From Candidatus Limnocylindria bacterium (GTDB lineage: Bacteria; Chloroflexota; Limnocylindria; P2-11E), in the NCBI GenBank assembly GCA_038211425.1, contig JBBQVQ010000002.1:29717-93716 (forward strand): a stretch of DNA of 64,000 bases. Reading direction: 5' to 3'. Below the pieces are notes generated by a model. It was not told the DNA's origin and ran no database searches. It worked only from the letters and a program-made list of their open reading frames with translations. A program made the position numbers and the translations under genes. Shown in pieces: positions 1-8,950 of the stretch. Each line of letters opens with the position of its first letter. The stretch's first letter is position 1.

Positions 1-351
1 CAGCATCGTGCGCTCGTCCACGTCGACGAGGATCGGCCGGGCATTCGCGTACAGGATCGCCTCGACGGTCGCGAAGAACGAGTGCGAGACCGTGATCACC
101 TCGTCCCCACCAGAGACGCCGCAGGCGCGGATGGCGAGCTGGAGCGCGTCGGTCCCCGAACCCACGCCGATCGCATGCCTGGTCGCGCAGTAGGCCGCGA
201 ATTCCTCGTCGAAAGCGCGCACGTTCGGCCCGATCGTGAGCTGCATGGCATCCAGGACATCGTCGATCGCCGCTCTCACCTCGCCCCTGATGGTCGCGTA
301 CTGCGCGCGCAGGTCCACCAGCGGTATCTCGATGTTCGTCGCGATGGCCAT
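1..351 (-). CDS. DegT/DnrJ/EryC1/StrS family PLP-dependent sugar aminotransferase (5' part; runs off the window)
   Basis: Manual translation from ATG 351: MAIATNIEIPLVDLRAQY...GPNVRAFDEEFAAYC...GVGSGTDALQLA...GDEVIT.SHSFFATVEAI; GGAGG SD upstream; not in ORF track. Confidence 0.93.
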   Translation of the reverse strand, partial: MAIATNIEIPLVDLRAQYATIRGEVRAAIDDVLDAMQLTIGPNVRAFDEEFAAYCATRHAIGVGSGTDALQLAIRACGVSGGDEVITVSHSFFATVEAILYANARPILVDVDERTML

Positions 352-355
352 GTCT

Positions 356-1096
356 CTATTCCTCCAGGTCGCGGGACGGCGCCCTCGCCGACGGACCCGC
401 GTCCTCGCGAGCCGAACGATCGGCGGGCGCGGGCTCCAGCCACGAATAGGCGTGTGGGAAGATCCCGGCGAAACACGCCAGGTCCCGGATATCGCCCTTG
501 AGCAGTATCGCGGGATTGCCCGCGACGACGCTGCGCGCGTCGACGTTCGCGCGAACGACGCTGCCGGCCCCGACCAGCGCGTCCTCACCGATCTCCACTC
601 CTGGCAGGATGGTGCTGTTCGCCCCGATCCGCGCCCGCCGCCGCACCGTCCCGCCCCTGACGCAATCGAGGTACGCCGGGCACTGCGGATGCGGATCATC
701 CGTGAAGGCGACGTGAGGACCGAGGAAGACGTCGTCCTCGATCGTCACGAGCTCAAGGAAGCACCCGGTGTGGATCCGGACGCGCGAGCCGATGCGGTTG
801 CCGAACTCCAGGCTGGCGTGCGTCCCGACCGAGACGTCATCGCCGATGACGTTGTCCTCGCGGATCGATGCGCCCTGTCCCGTTCGCAGCCGGGCTCCGA
901 TGGTCGTCCCGGCATAGATCGTGGTGAACGGCCGGATCTCGGCACCCGGCCCGATGATCAGCGGCGCCTCGCCGTCGCGCTTCCCGCGCGGCGTGCGCCC
1001 GAGGACGGCGTACTCGGCCACCGTCGAACCGAGGCCGAGCTCGACGTTGGGCGCCACGACGGCCGTTGGATGGATCCACACCCCGAGCGAGGTCAT
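356..1096 (-). CDS. Hexapeptide-repeat (left-handed beta-helix) sugar N-acyltransferase, WbpD/WlbB-like
   Basis: IHPTAVV, repeated IG hexads, FLGPHVAFTDD, ARIGANSTILPGVEIGEDALVGAGSVV, VVAGNPA; start placed at ATG 1096 (ATGA overlap with upstream stop). Confidence 0.9.
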   Translation of the reverse strand: MTSLGVWIHPTAVVAPNVELGLGSTVAEYAVLGRTPRGKRDGEAPLIIGPGAEIRPFTTIYAGTTIGARLRTGQGASIREDNVIGDDVSVGTHASLEFGNRIGSRVRIHTGCFLELVTIEDDVFLGPHVAFTDDPHPQCPAYLDCVRGGTVRRRARIGANSTILPGVEIGEDALVGAGSVVRANVDARSVVAGNPAILLKGDIRDLACFAGIFPHAYSWLEPAPADRSAREDAGPSARAPSRDLEE

Positions 1097-2148
1097 GCCG
1101 GTACGGCTTCCGGGCGGTACGCGACCCGGGCGCCGCCGCTGCGCAGCGAGCGCATCCCCGCCTCGAGCACGCGGACGACCCGCAGGCCTGCCTCGCCGTC
1201 GCTGCGTGGCGGCTCTCCCGAACGGATCGCGTCGATGAAGTGACGCACCTCCAGCTGGAGCGCCTCCGTCACAGGGATCCGCGGGCTGTGGATGTCGCCG
1301 GCGCGGTACGAGCGCCGCAGCTCCTCCGCGGACAGTGCGACGACGCCATGGTCGTAGACCTTGACCTTCTCGGCCGAGTGGCCGTCGTCGTACACGGCCA
1401 TCTTGCGCGAGCCGATGACGGTCATCGTGCGAAGCTTGCTCGGAGCGAGCCAGGAGAGGTGTGCGTGCGCTACAGCTCCCGACGGAAAGCCCATCGTCAG
1501 GAACACCACGTCCTCGATGCCCGGCTGGATGTAGCACGCCCCGATGCACTGCACCCACTCCGGCTCCTCGTCGAGCCAGTACAGCGTGATCGAGACGTCG
1601 TGCGGACCGAGGTCCCACAACACGTTGAAGTCGAATTGATGCAGACCCAGATTCACGCGCTGGCTGTCGATGTAGTGGATGGTCCCGAGCTCCCTGCGCT
1701 CGAGCAGGCCACGTACGGTCGTGACCGCGGGGTTGTAGACGAAGGTGTGCCCGACCATGAGGGTGCGACCGGCATCGTGACCGGAGCGAACGATCGCCTC
1801 GGCGTCGGCCACGGTGCCCGCGAGAGGTTTTTCGACGAAGACGTGCTTGCCCGCCGCGAACGCCTCCGCGGCGAGCTGACGGTGCGTCGCGATCGGCGTC
1901 GCGATGCAGACCGCGTCGATCGCGGGATCGTCAAGGAGCTCGCGATGATCGGTGGTCACGCGGACCGCGGGGAAACGCTTGCGGATGGCGCCGAGCCGTT
2001 CAGAGGACAGGTCCGCCACGGCGCGGATGTTCGCGCCAGGCGCCTCGCTGAAATTGCGCACGAGGTTGGGTCCCCAGTAGCCGGCGCCGATCACGCCGAC
2101 CTCGATGTCCTCGTCCGTGACCGGGGCACCGGCGTGAGTGGCGATCAC
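1093..2148 (-). CDS. Gfo/Idh/MocA family NAD-dependent oxidoreductase (WbpB/GnnA-like sugar dehydrogenase)
   Basis: GVIGAGYWG, AGKHVFVEKP, DLGPHD motifs; GTG 2148 overlaps upstream TGA. Confidence 0.92.
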   Translation of the reverse strand: MIATHAGAPVTDEDIEVGVIGAGYWGPNLVRNFSEAPGANIRAVADLSSERLGAIRKRFPAVRVTTDHRELLDDPAIDAVCIATPIATHRQLAAEAFAAGKHVFVEKPLAGTVADAEAIVRSGHDAGRTLMVGHTFVYNPAVTTVRGLLERRELGTIHYIDSQRVNLGLHQFDFNVLWDLGPHDVSITLYWLDEEPEWVQCIGACYIQPGIEDVVFLTMGFPSGAVAHAHLSWLAPSKLRTMTVIGSRKMAVYDDGHSAEKVKVYDHGVVALSAEELRRSYRAGDIHSPRIPVTEALQLEVRHFIDAIRSGEPPRSDGEAGLRVVRVLEAGMRSLRSGGARVAYRPEAVPA

Positions 2149-3657
2149 GCGAACGTGCGGTCCTCGTACGGGACATGGCCGATCGCATCGCGTTTCGTCC
2201 TGCCGGAGATGAAATGGTCTGCCATCGAAAGGCCCATCTCCGATGCGATGTCCATGTCGACGTACTTGTAGAGGCCCTGGCGCCCGCCGGTCACGAGATT
2301 CTCGAACCGCATGAGCTCCTTCATGAGGGTGTCGACCGCGGCCTCGTAACCGACCATGTACACGGGATAACCGAACGTCGACCGCAACACGACCGACTCC
2401 TCGAGCTCGTCCTCCCTGATGAAGCCCTCCTCCGCGAGCTCCCGGGCGCACCGGCGTCCCAGGTCCTCCGCCGAGGCGTTCCAGATCGCGTCGCCGACGT
2501 CGCAGGTGATGTCGCAGAGCAGAACTGTCTCGTCGGGACCGCAGATCTCCGAGCCGCCGTAGTTGCGCGTCTCCGAGAGGCGGTTGAAGGTCTTGTTCGT
2601 GAAATAGATCGACTGCGCAGGCAGTGCCTGTGGCCGCTTGCACCGGAGCCCGACGACGGTGAGCGCGCGAAAGCGCAGGTAGCGCGCGGCCGCCTTGGCC
2701 TCGAGGGAGACGGCGTCGCCCAGGAGCTCCACGAGCGCCGGCAGCGGAACCGTGTTGACGACGCGGTCGCACGCGACCCGATGTTCGGGCCTGGCGGCCG
2801 ATCCCCATGGGTCGACGCCCCGCTCCGTGCCGGAGGAGAGCATGCAGAGCTGGCCGTCAAGGTTCGTCGGCGGTACCTCCCGATAGCGCGCCCCCACGAC
2901 GCGATCTCCCTCCACCTCGAGCCTGGTCACCAGCGCGTTCGTCAGCACGCGATTGTTCGCCCCCGCCTTGCAGATGCGCGCCCGCCATGCGCTGTGAGAT
3001 CAGGCCGGCGCCCTTGGGCGGGTAGTAGAGCTCGATCACCAGGGGCGCGTAGCGATGCTCGGTGCCCGTGCGCTTCGCGTAGCCCTTCCGAAGCGAGGAA
3101 ACGATCACCTTCATCAGGGAGATGTGAGGGATGCGGTGTTGCGCGAACGAGGCCGCGAGCTGGGACGGCGGCATGCCCCACACCTTGGTCGTGTATGGGC
3201 CGAAGAAGAGCCCGTAGAGGGTGCGGCCCATGGCCTGCGTGACCCAGTCCTCTGCCGAGACGAGCCTTCGCGGCGCGAGCTTGCGGCGAATGCTCTCGAC
3301 CACGTAGTCAAAGAACGCCCGGGCGGCGAGCACCGGCGACATGCTCTTCGCGATGTCGAGCGCCTCGAGCGGGTACTTGTAGAACTTCCCGCGGAACTTG
3401 ATGCGCACGTTCTTCGCACGGGCTGGGAAGCCGTCGTACGCGATCTCCTTGAACATGTCGAGGACGCGTTGATTGCGCGCGTGGTACGCGTGCGGACCGA
3501 AGTCGAAGCCCGCGCCCGTCGCCCCGTACAGGGTCGTGGCGAGGCCGCCGAGGAAACCCTGGGCTTCGAGGACCGTTACCTGCTCGGCGTGTTCGGCGAG
3601 CTGGAAGCCGGCGGCGAGGCCGCAGATGCCTCCCCCGAGCACGACCGTGTGACTCAC
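2145..3657 (-). pseudogene. FAD-dependent oxidoreductase (HemY/Glf-like), split by a one-base insertion near 2981-2983; a true pseudogene or a sequencing error
   Basis: ORFs 2857..3657 and 2145..2948 together align end to end with the intact paralog at 33787..35295; GxGxxG-type VVLGGGICGL, DFGPH; identical C-terminus VPYEDRTFA. Confidence 0.88.
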
Positions 3658-3669
3658 TCGTGCAAGAGG

Positions 3670-4872
3670 TTAAGTGTTCTGGAGGCCACTGTCCCGCGGC
3701 GGAATGTGATCTTTGGCCGCGCGCGGTGGGGGACCGCCGCCCACGCGCACGTCGAGCAGCACGATGCCGACGGCCGCGACGGTCGCCGCGTAGACGTAGT
3801 ACGACTGGGTGGTCCAGCGCGCGAGAAGCAAGGGCACCGACAGCACGCCGGCGGCGTAGATCGCGGCACGGCCGAGCGAGGTGTCCGCGTCGAGCATCGC
3901 CAGCGTCAGCGCCGCGGCGGTCAGCCCGATCTCGAGAAGGAAGAAGACCGGCAGCGTCGGCGTCACGTCGATCCAGCCCGCGAGGAGGTGCGGCAGATTC
4001 GCGCCCCACACCTGGTCGTGAAAGGTTAGTGCCTGGACCTGCTGCCAGAGGAACGGACCGGGAGCCCACGCCAGGAACGGCGCGATGAAGGCGGCTGCCA
4101 CGAGCGTCGCCGCCGCGCCGTAACGCTTCCACGGCGCGCCGGAAACGGCGAGATGGCGCAGAACGAGCGGGAACACGAGCACCGCGAACTGTTTGAAGGC
4201 GAGCGCCCAGCCAAGTGCCACCGCCGAGAGCGCGAAGGCCACAACGCGCAGCGTGCGGCGGGACGACGAGGCGAACGCCAGAGCGACCAATGCGACGACC
4301 ACGAGGAACCCGGCGCTCACGTCGTTCCCGCCGTCGACCGTCCGGAAGGCGGCGATTCCCCACGTCGCGTAGAGCATCGCCGGGAGCGCGGCAGCGCCGT
4401 GCCCCACCCGGAACCCCGCGAGCGCCATGACCGCGACCGTGAGGATCCCGGTCCACGTCTCGACCCTGCTGATGTCGCCGCCGGCCAGGAAGGTGGGCGC
4501 GTAGAAGAGGAACTCGCCAGGGGGGTATACCAGCGGCGAGCCGACCGGGATCGTGACCTGCATCACGTGCGTGTACGGGTTCTCGCCCCGCAGCAGTGTC
4601 GCGATCGCCTCGGCGGTCGCGGGAATGACGTCGCTCCCCCCCACCAGCGGCTCGCGCCCGAGGCGTTCGGCGGCCGCGATGAGGACGGCGTACATCCCGA
4701 CGAGCGGTCCGACCGGGAAGCGCCGGAGCACCGCCCACCCGAGGATCAAGCCGAGGATCAGCAGCCCGACGCGATCGGGCTGCGGGCGGTTGAGGTCGAC
4801 CGCGCCGATGGACCAGAAGACGCCCGCGAGGACGGCGATGAGGGGGAGCTGCGCACTCCTGTCGACGCGCAA
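3670..4872 (-). CDS. Polytopic membrane protein, GT87/GT-C-like glycosyltransferase
   Basis: Many hydrophobic helices; SDV..., LLRGENPY, YPP, GGND, AFKQ motifs typical of GT87-like proteins. Confidence 0.7.
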   Translation of the reverse strand: MRVDRSAQLPLIAVLAGVFWSIGAVDLNRPQPDRVGLLILGLILGWAVLRRFPVGPLVGMYAVLIAAAERLGREPLVGGSDVIPATAEAIATLLRGENPYTHVMQVTIPVGSPLVYPPGEFLFYAPTFLAGGDISRVETWTGILTVAVMALAGFRVGHGAAALPAMLYATWGIAAFRTVDGGNDVSAGFLVVVALVALAFASSSRRTLRVVAFALSAVALGWALAFKQFAVLVFPLVLRHLAVSGAPWKRYGAAATLVAAAFIAPFLAWAPGPFLWQQVQALTFHDQVWGANLPHLLAGWIDVTPTLPVFFLLEIGLTAAALTLAMLDADTSLGRAAIYAAGVLSVPLLLARWTTQSYYVYAATVAAVGIVLLDVRVGGGPPPRAAKDHIPPRDSGLQNT

Positions 4873-4875
4873 GGA

Positions 4876-7797
4876 CTATTGGCCGGTGAGCGCTCGCAGC
4901 CTTGCGAGATCGTCCTCGAGCGCCTTGATCTCGCTCCCGTACGTGGCGAAGTTACCCGCGCGAAGCGCATCCTGCGCGCGCTGGTAGTGGTCCGAGGCCG
5001 ATCGCACGAGGGCCGCGACGGTCGTGGCGACGGGCGAGGCGCTCGGGAGGGGCTGCGCAGAACCGGAGGGCGCGGGGGTGGGAGGTGAGGATGGTGTGGG
5101 GCCGGGTTGCGCCGCGACGGCGAAGAGCTGGGTGAGTGCCTTGTCGAACGACTCCGCCATCACGACGCGGTCCTGCGTCGCGAGGAGCACCCGCTGCAGC
5201 TCGGGCAGCCGCGCCTGGCTGGCCTGGACAAAGAGCGGCTCGACGTAGATGAATGAATCGCCGACCGGTATCACGAGGAGGTTCCCGCGGATCACCTGCG
5301 CGCCGCCGCCGACCGACAGGAGCGAGAGCTGCTGGCGAATGGTCGCGTCCTGGTCGATACGGGCCTCGATCTGGAGGGGACCGAAGATCGCCCGATCCTT
5401 GGGAAAGCGCAGGACGCGCAGCTTCCCGTAGTCGGGAGGGTCCGCCCGTCCCGCGACCCACGCGACCATGTTGTCGCGGTTCCCCCCCGCCGGAGTCATC
5501 GGCGAGAAGAGGACGAACTCGGACCGCTGCGAGCCCGGCAGCTGCGTCGAAACGTAATAGGGCTCAAGGGGCTGCGGCGCCTGTCCCTGCTGGAACACCT
5601 CGTTGGCCACCCGCCACGCGTCGGCGCGGTTGTAGAACTCGTCCGGGTCGGTCATGTGATACGTGGTGAAGATGTCCGTCTGGATGCGGAAGATGTCCTC
5701 GGGATACCGGATATGCGCCCGCAGGCTCGCCGGCATGTTGGCGATCGGCTCGAACAGCTTCGGGTAGATCGAGCGTAGCGTGCGGATCACGGGGTCGGTG
5801 TCATCGACGACGTAGAAGTGCACGGACCCGTCGTAGGCGTTCGTCGCTACCTTGACGCTGTTGCGGATGTAGTTCAGCCCCGGGTCACCGACGGCGCCCC
5901 CCGTCTGCCGGCGGAGCGGCCCGAGCTTCTGGCTGTAGGGGTAGCGGTCCCCGGTCGTGTACGCGTCGTTGATCCACCACGCGGAGCCATCGGCCACGAC
6001 CAGGTACGGATCAGCATCGAACGAGAGGAACGGCGCGATGAGTGCGGCGCGGCTCGCGATGTTGCGGTTGAACAGGATCCGGCTGTCACCGCGGATCTGC
6101 GACGAGACCAGCAGGTTCAGGTCGCGGGTGCGCAGCGCGAAGAGGATGCGATCCCACAGTCCCCCGACGCCCACGCCACCGCCGCCCGTGAAACGCGTCG
6201 TGGCGTCGCGCTCGGCCGCGTAGTCGAACTCATCCTGGCTCGTGGAGACCAGCACGTAGTCGTTCGTCAGCTCGCCGTAATAGATGCGCGGCTGGTCGAG
6301 CTTCGGTTCGCCCTGCGGCGGGATGTCGCGCAGTGCGAACCGCGGCCGACCCTCGCTGCCGACGGCGCCCACCGGGGTCACGACCGCTCCGAAGCCGTGC
6401 GTGTACACGAGGTGCCGGTTCACCCAGGTCTGGGCGACGGTCGGCAGCCGGCTCGGGTCGAGCTCCCGCGCCGAGAGCATCACCGGCGTTTCGACTCCGC
6501 CGATCTGATAGCGATCGACGTCGACGTCGTGGAACGCGTAGTACTGCCGGATGCCCTGGAGCTGCTCGTACGACGAGAGGAGGACGCGGTAATCCCAGAG
6601 GCGCACGGCATCGGGGGTCGCGAACGCCCGCTGCACGTCCGCCGGCTTCGGGTTCTCGGCGACATCGAAGAGCGATTCCTCGACGCCGCCGAGCCCATAG
6701 GCGGTGCGCGTCGCCGCGATGTTCACGTCGATGTACGGTCTCTCGCGATTCAGCTGGTCGGGACGCACGATGATCGCCTCGAGGACGGCGGGGAAGATGC
6801 CGCCGACGATGATCGACGCCAGCACCAGCGCGACAAGAGCCCCGGCGAGGAACCATGCGCGACGGGCGAACGCCGCGGCGAAGCTGGCGACGGCCGCGAT
6901 GAGGCTGATGATCATGAGGATCACCAGCGCCGGAAGCCGCGCGTGGATCGCCGTGTAACCGGCGCCGGTGAGCACGCTCTCCTGCTGGAACAGGAGCTCC
7001 GATTGGTCGAGCCAGTAGCCTGCTGCGACGAGCAGGAGGAGGAGACCCCCGAGGACGGCGAGGTGCGCGCGAGCCGGGCGGGCGAGCGCGAAGGCGGTGC
7101 GCGCCCCCACCCGCAGGTCTCCCCGCGCGAGCGAGCCGGTCGCGACACCGATGACGCCGCGCACGACGTACAGGGCGACGACGCCGATGGCGATGACCAG
7201 GAGAGCCGCGAAGAGCCATCCGCGAATGAATTCCAGCAGCGGCAGCGTGAAGAAGTAGAACCCGACGTCACGGCCGAACAGCGGTTCGGTCGCCCCGAAC
7301 GGCACCGCGTTCAGCCATCGCAGGAGCGGATCCCACTGGTCTCCGCCCACCAGGCCGAAGAGGAACGACGGGATCAGCAGCAGCGGCATGAGCCGGAGCG
7401 TCGATGGCAGCGGTCCGGGCCGCGGATGGGTGCTGTCGACCACGACGCGCGGCATCTGGGGCCGGAGCGCCGCGTAGAGATTCGGAAGGGCAAGGAGGAA
7501 GAAGGCAAGGAAGAACGCGATGAAAGCGGCGAACGACGCGGTGAAGCGGCGGAGGTAGACCTCTTCCAGCCCGAGGCTGCGGAACCAGAGCAGGTCGGTG
7601 AGGAAGGTGACGAGGGGGCCGAGGACCAGGGGAATGACGAAGAACGCCGCCAGGATCGCCCCGATGAGGATCGCGGTCCGGGAAGGCGGCCGCCCCGAAC
7701 GGCGGGGGCCTCGCGCGCCGAACATCGACAGATCGATGTTCGACCAGTCGACGTTGCCCCACTCGCGGCCGTCGCTGCCTCGGGGCCGGTTCATCAC
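4876..7797 (-). CDS. UPF0182 family membrane protein
   Basis: DLLWFRSLG, EPLFGRDVGFYFFTLP, RLWD, QIRQYYAFHDVDVDRY-like, HLVYTHGFG, NYIRNSVK, HIRYPEDIF, IRGNLLVIP, YVEPLFVQ. Confidence 0.95.
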   Translation of the reverse strand: MMNRPRGSDGREWGNVDWSNIDLSMFGARGPRRSGRPPSRTAILIGAILAAFFVIPLVLGPLVTFLTDLLWFRSLGLEEVYLRRFTASFAAFIAFFLAFFLLALPNLYAALRPQMPRVVVDSTHPRPGPLPSTLRLMPLLLIPSFLFGLVGGDQWDPLLRWLNAVPFGATEPLFGRDVGFYFFTLPLLEFIRGWLFAALLVIAIGVVALYVVRGVIGVATGSLARGDLRVGARTAFALARPARAHLAVLGGLLLLLVAAGYWLDQSELLFQQESVLTGAGYTAIHARLPALVILMIISLIAAVASFAAAFARRAWFLAGALVALVLASIIVGGIFPAVLEAIIVRPDQLNRERPYIDVNIAATRTAYGLGGVEESLFDVAENPKPADVQRAFATPDAVRLWDYRVLLSSYEQLQGIRQYYAFHDVDVDRYQIGGVETPVMLSARELDPSRLPTVAQTWVNRHLVYTHGFGAVVTPVGAVGSEGRPRFALRDIPPQGEPKLDQPRIYYGELTNDYVLVSTSQDEFDYAAERDATTRFTGGGGVGVGGLWDRILFALRTRDLNLLVSSQIRGDSRILFNRNIASRAALIAPFLSFDADPYLVVADGSAWWINDAYTTGDRYPYSQKLGPLRRQTGGAVGDPGLNYIRNSVKVATNAYDGSVHFYVVDDTDPVIRTLRSIYPKLFEPIANMPASLRAHIRYPEDIFRIQTDIFTTYHMTDPDEFYNRADAWRVANEVFQQGQAPQPLEPYYVSTQLPGSQRSEFVLFSPMTPAGGNRDNMVAWVAGRADPPDYGKLRVLRFPKDRAIFGPLQIEARIDQDATIRQQLSLLSVGGGAQVIRGNLLVIPVGDSFIYVEPLFVQASQARLPELQRVLLATQDRVVMAESFDKALTQLFAVAAQPGPTPSSPPTPAPSGSAQPLPSASPVATTVAALVRSASDHYQRAQDALRAGNFATYGSEIKALEDDLARLRALTGQ

Positions 7798-7877
7798 AGT
7801 GGAGTCGAGGATAGGGCGGAGGGCGGGAATTGCTGCCGCGGTGGGCCGCCGGCCTCACGCCAAGGTGGGTGGCCCCG

Positions 7878-8588
7878 CTACCTGACCGTGGTGATCGTTC
7901 CGCCGCCGGGCAACGTGATCTTGACGATCGGCGTGGGGGTCGGGGGCGTCACGCTCCCGATGACGGTCGTGACGGACGTGACGGTCGTGACCGCGGTCGC
8001 CACGGCGGTCGTGACCGCGGCGGTAACTGCGGCCGTGACGGACGCGAGCGGGACCGCGACCGCCGTCGTGAGCGGATCCAGGACCACGGAAACGACAAGC
8101 GCGGGAGCGACCTCGTCGATCGGGGCGACAGCCGCCGTCGGCAGCACCGTGAGCATGGTCGCCGAGTTGGGCTCGGCGGTCGGCTGGACGGCCATCGCGT
8201 CCGCCGAAGCGGAAATGACGGATGGCGCCGTCTCCGGCGAGCCGTCGACCGGAGCGGCGGCTGCGGTGCGGCCACTGGCGGCGATCGCCCGCGATCCGTT
8301 CGGCCAGGCCTCGTCAGTGGCAGGCGCGACGGCCGGGTCGGCACCGGCGGAGGGCGCCGCGGCGTCGAGCTGCCGGTCGGCGCCGGGCGTGACGGACGGG
8401 CCCGCGAGCTGGCCGACGAAGGGGCCGACCCATGCCGTCTGGGCGAGGAAAGCGTCGCGAACCGGGGCGAGCTGCGCCAGCCCGAGCACGCCGATGATCG
8501 CGAACGTGGCGACGCCCCAGACGATCCTCAGGGAAACCCGGCCGGGCTCCGGCGCATTGGTGCGCCCGGTGACCGTGCCGAAGACCAT
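7878..8588 (-). CDS. Membrane-anchored Ala/Thr/Val/Pro-rich low-complexity hypothetical protein
   Basis: One hydrophobic helix (IVWGVATFAIIGVLGLA) followed by A/T/V/P-rich tail ending TPPTPTP; start uncertain (ATG 8588 chosen). Confidence 0.6.
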   Translation of the reverse strand: MVFGTVTGRTNAPEPGRVSLRIVWGVATFAIIGVLGLAQLAPVRDAFLAQTAWVGPFVGQLAGPSVTPGADRQLDAAAPSAGADPAVAPATDEAWPNGSRAIAASGRTAAAAPVDGSPETAPSVISASADAMAVQPTAEPNSATMLTVLPTAAVAPIDEVAPALVVSVVLDPLTTAVAVPLASVTAAVTAAVTTAVATAVTTVTSVTTVIGSVTPPTPTPIVKITLPGGGTITTVR

Positions 8589-8950
8589 GGCAGACCGCGA
8601 GGAGATCCCCCGGACCAGGGCCCGCGGCGGACGTGAGAGCCCGCCCTTGATCCAAGCGGCAACGGCCCTCGCGGATCGGGTTGGGGGCTGATCGAAAGCC
8701 GCCTGTCGCTGCTGTAGCCAACCCAAGGGTCGTGCTCCCCATCTACCATCTACCAAAGGCTCGGTCGCCCGTATGATCACCAATCGCTCGCCTGTTCGAA
8801 TGATAGGCGTTCCAGCACCAGATAGATAGGCCGTCCCTCCCACGAGCGGGAAAAGTTACCGACGCCCTCAGGGAGCCTGCTCCGGGGGCTCCGGCTGTCG
8901 TCAGATGAGGAGGGCCGCGAGCGCGAGCAAGGCGGCGCCGGGGGTCCCTT

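Noticed and set aside
2960-2990. Programmed ribosomal frameshift in the oxidoreductase
   Set aside because: No canonical slippery heptamer, and the paralog is continuous; a simple indel or sequencing error explains it.
5818-8691. 957-aa plus-strand ORF and many similar long antisense ORFs (e.g. 26788..28839, 47463..49241, 58910..61600)
   Set aside because: Shadow frames of well-supported minus-strand genes in high-GC DNA, with no recognisable motifs.
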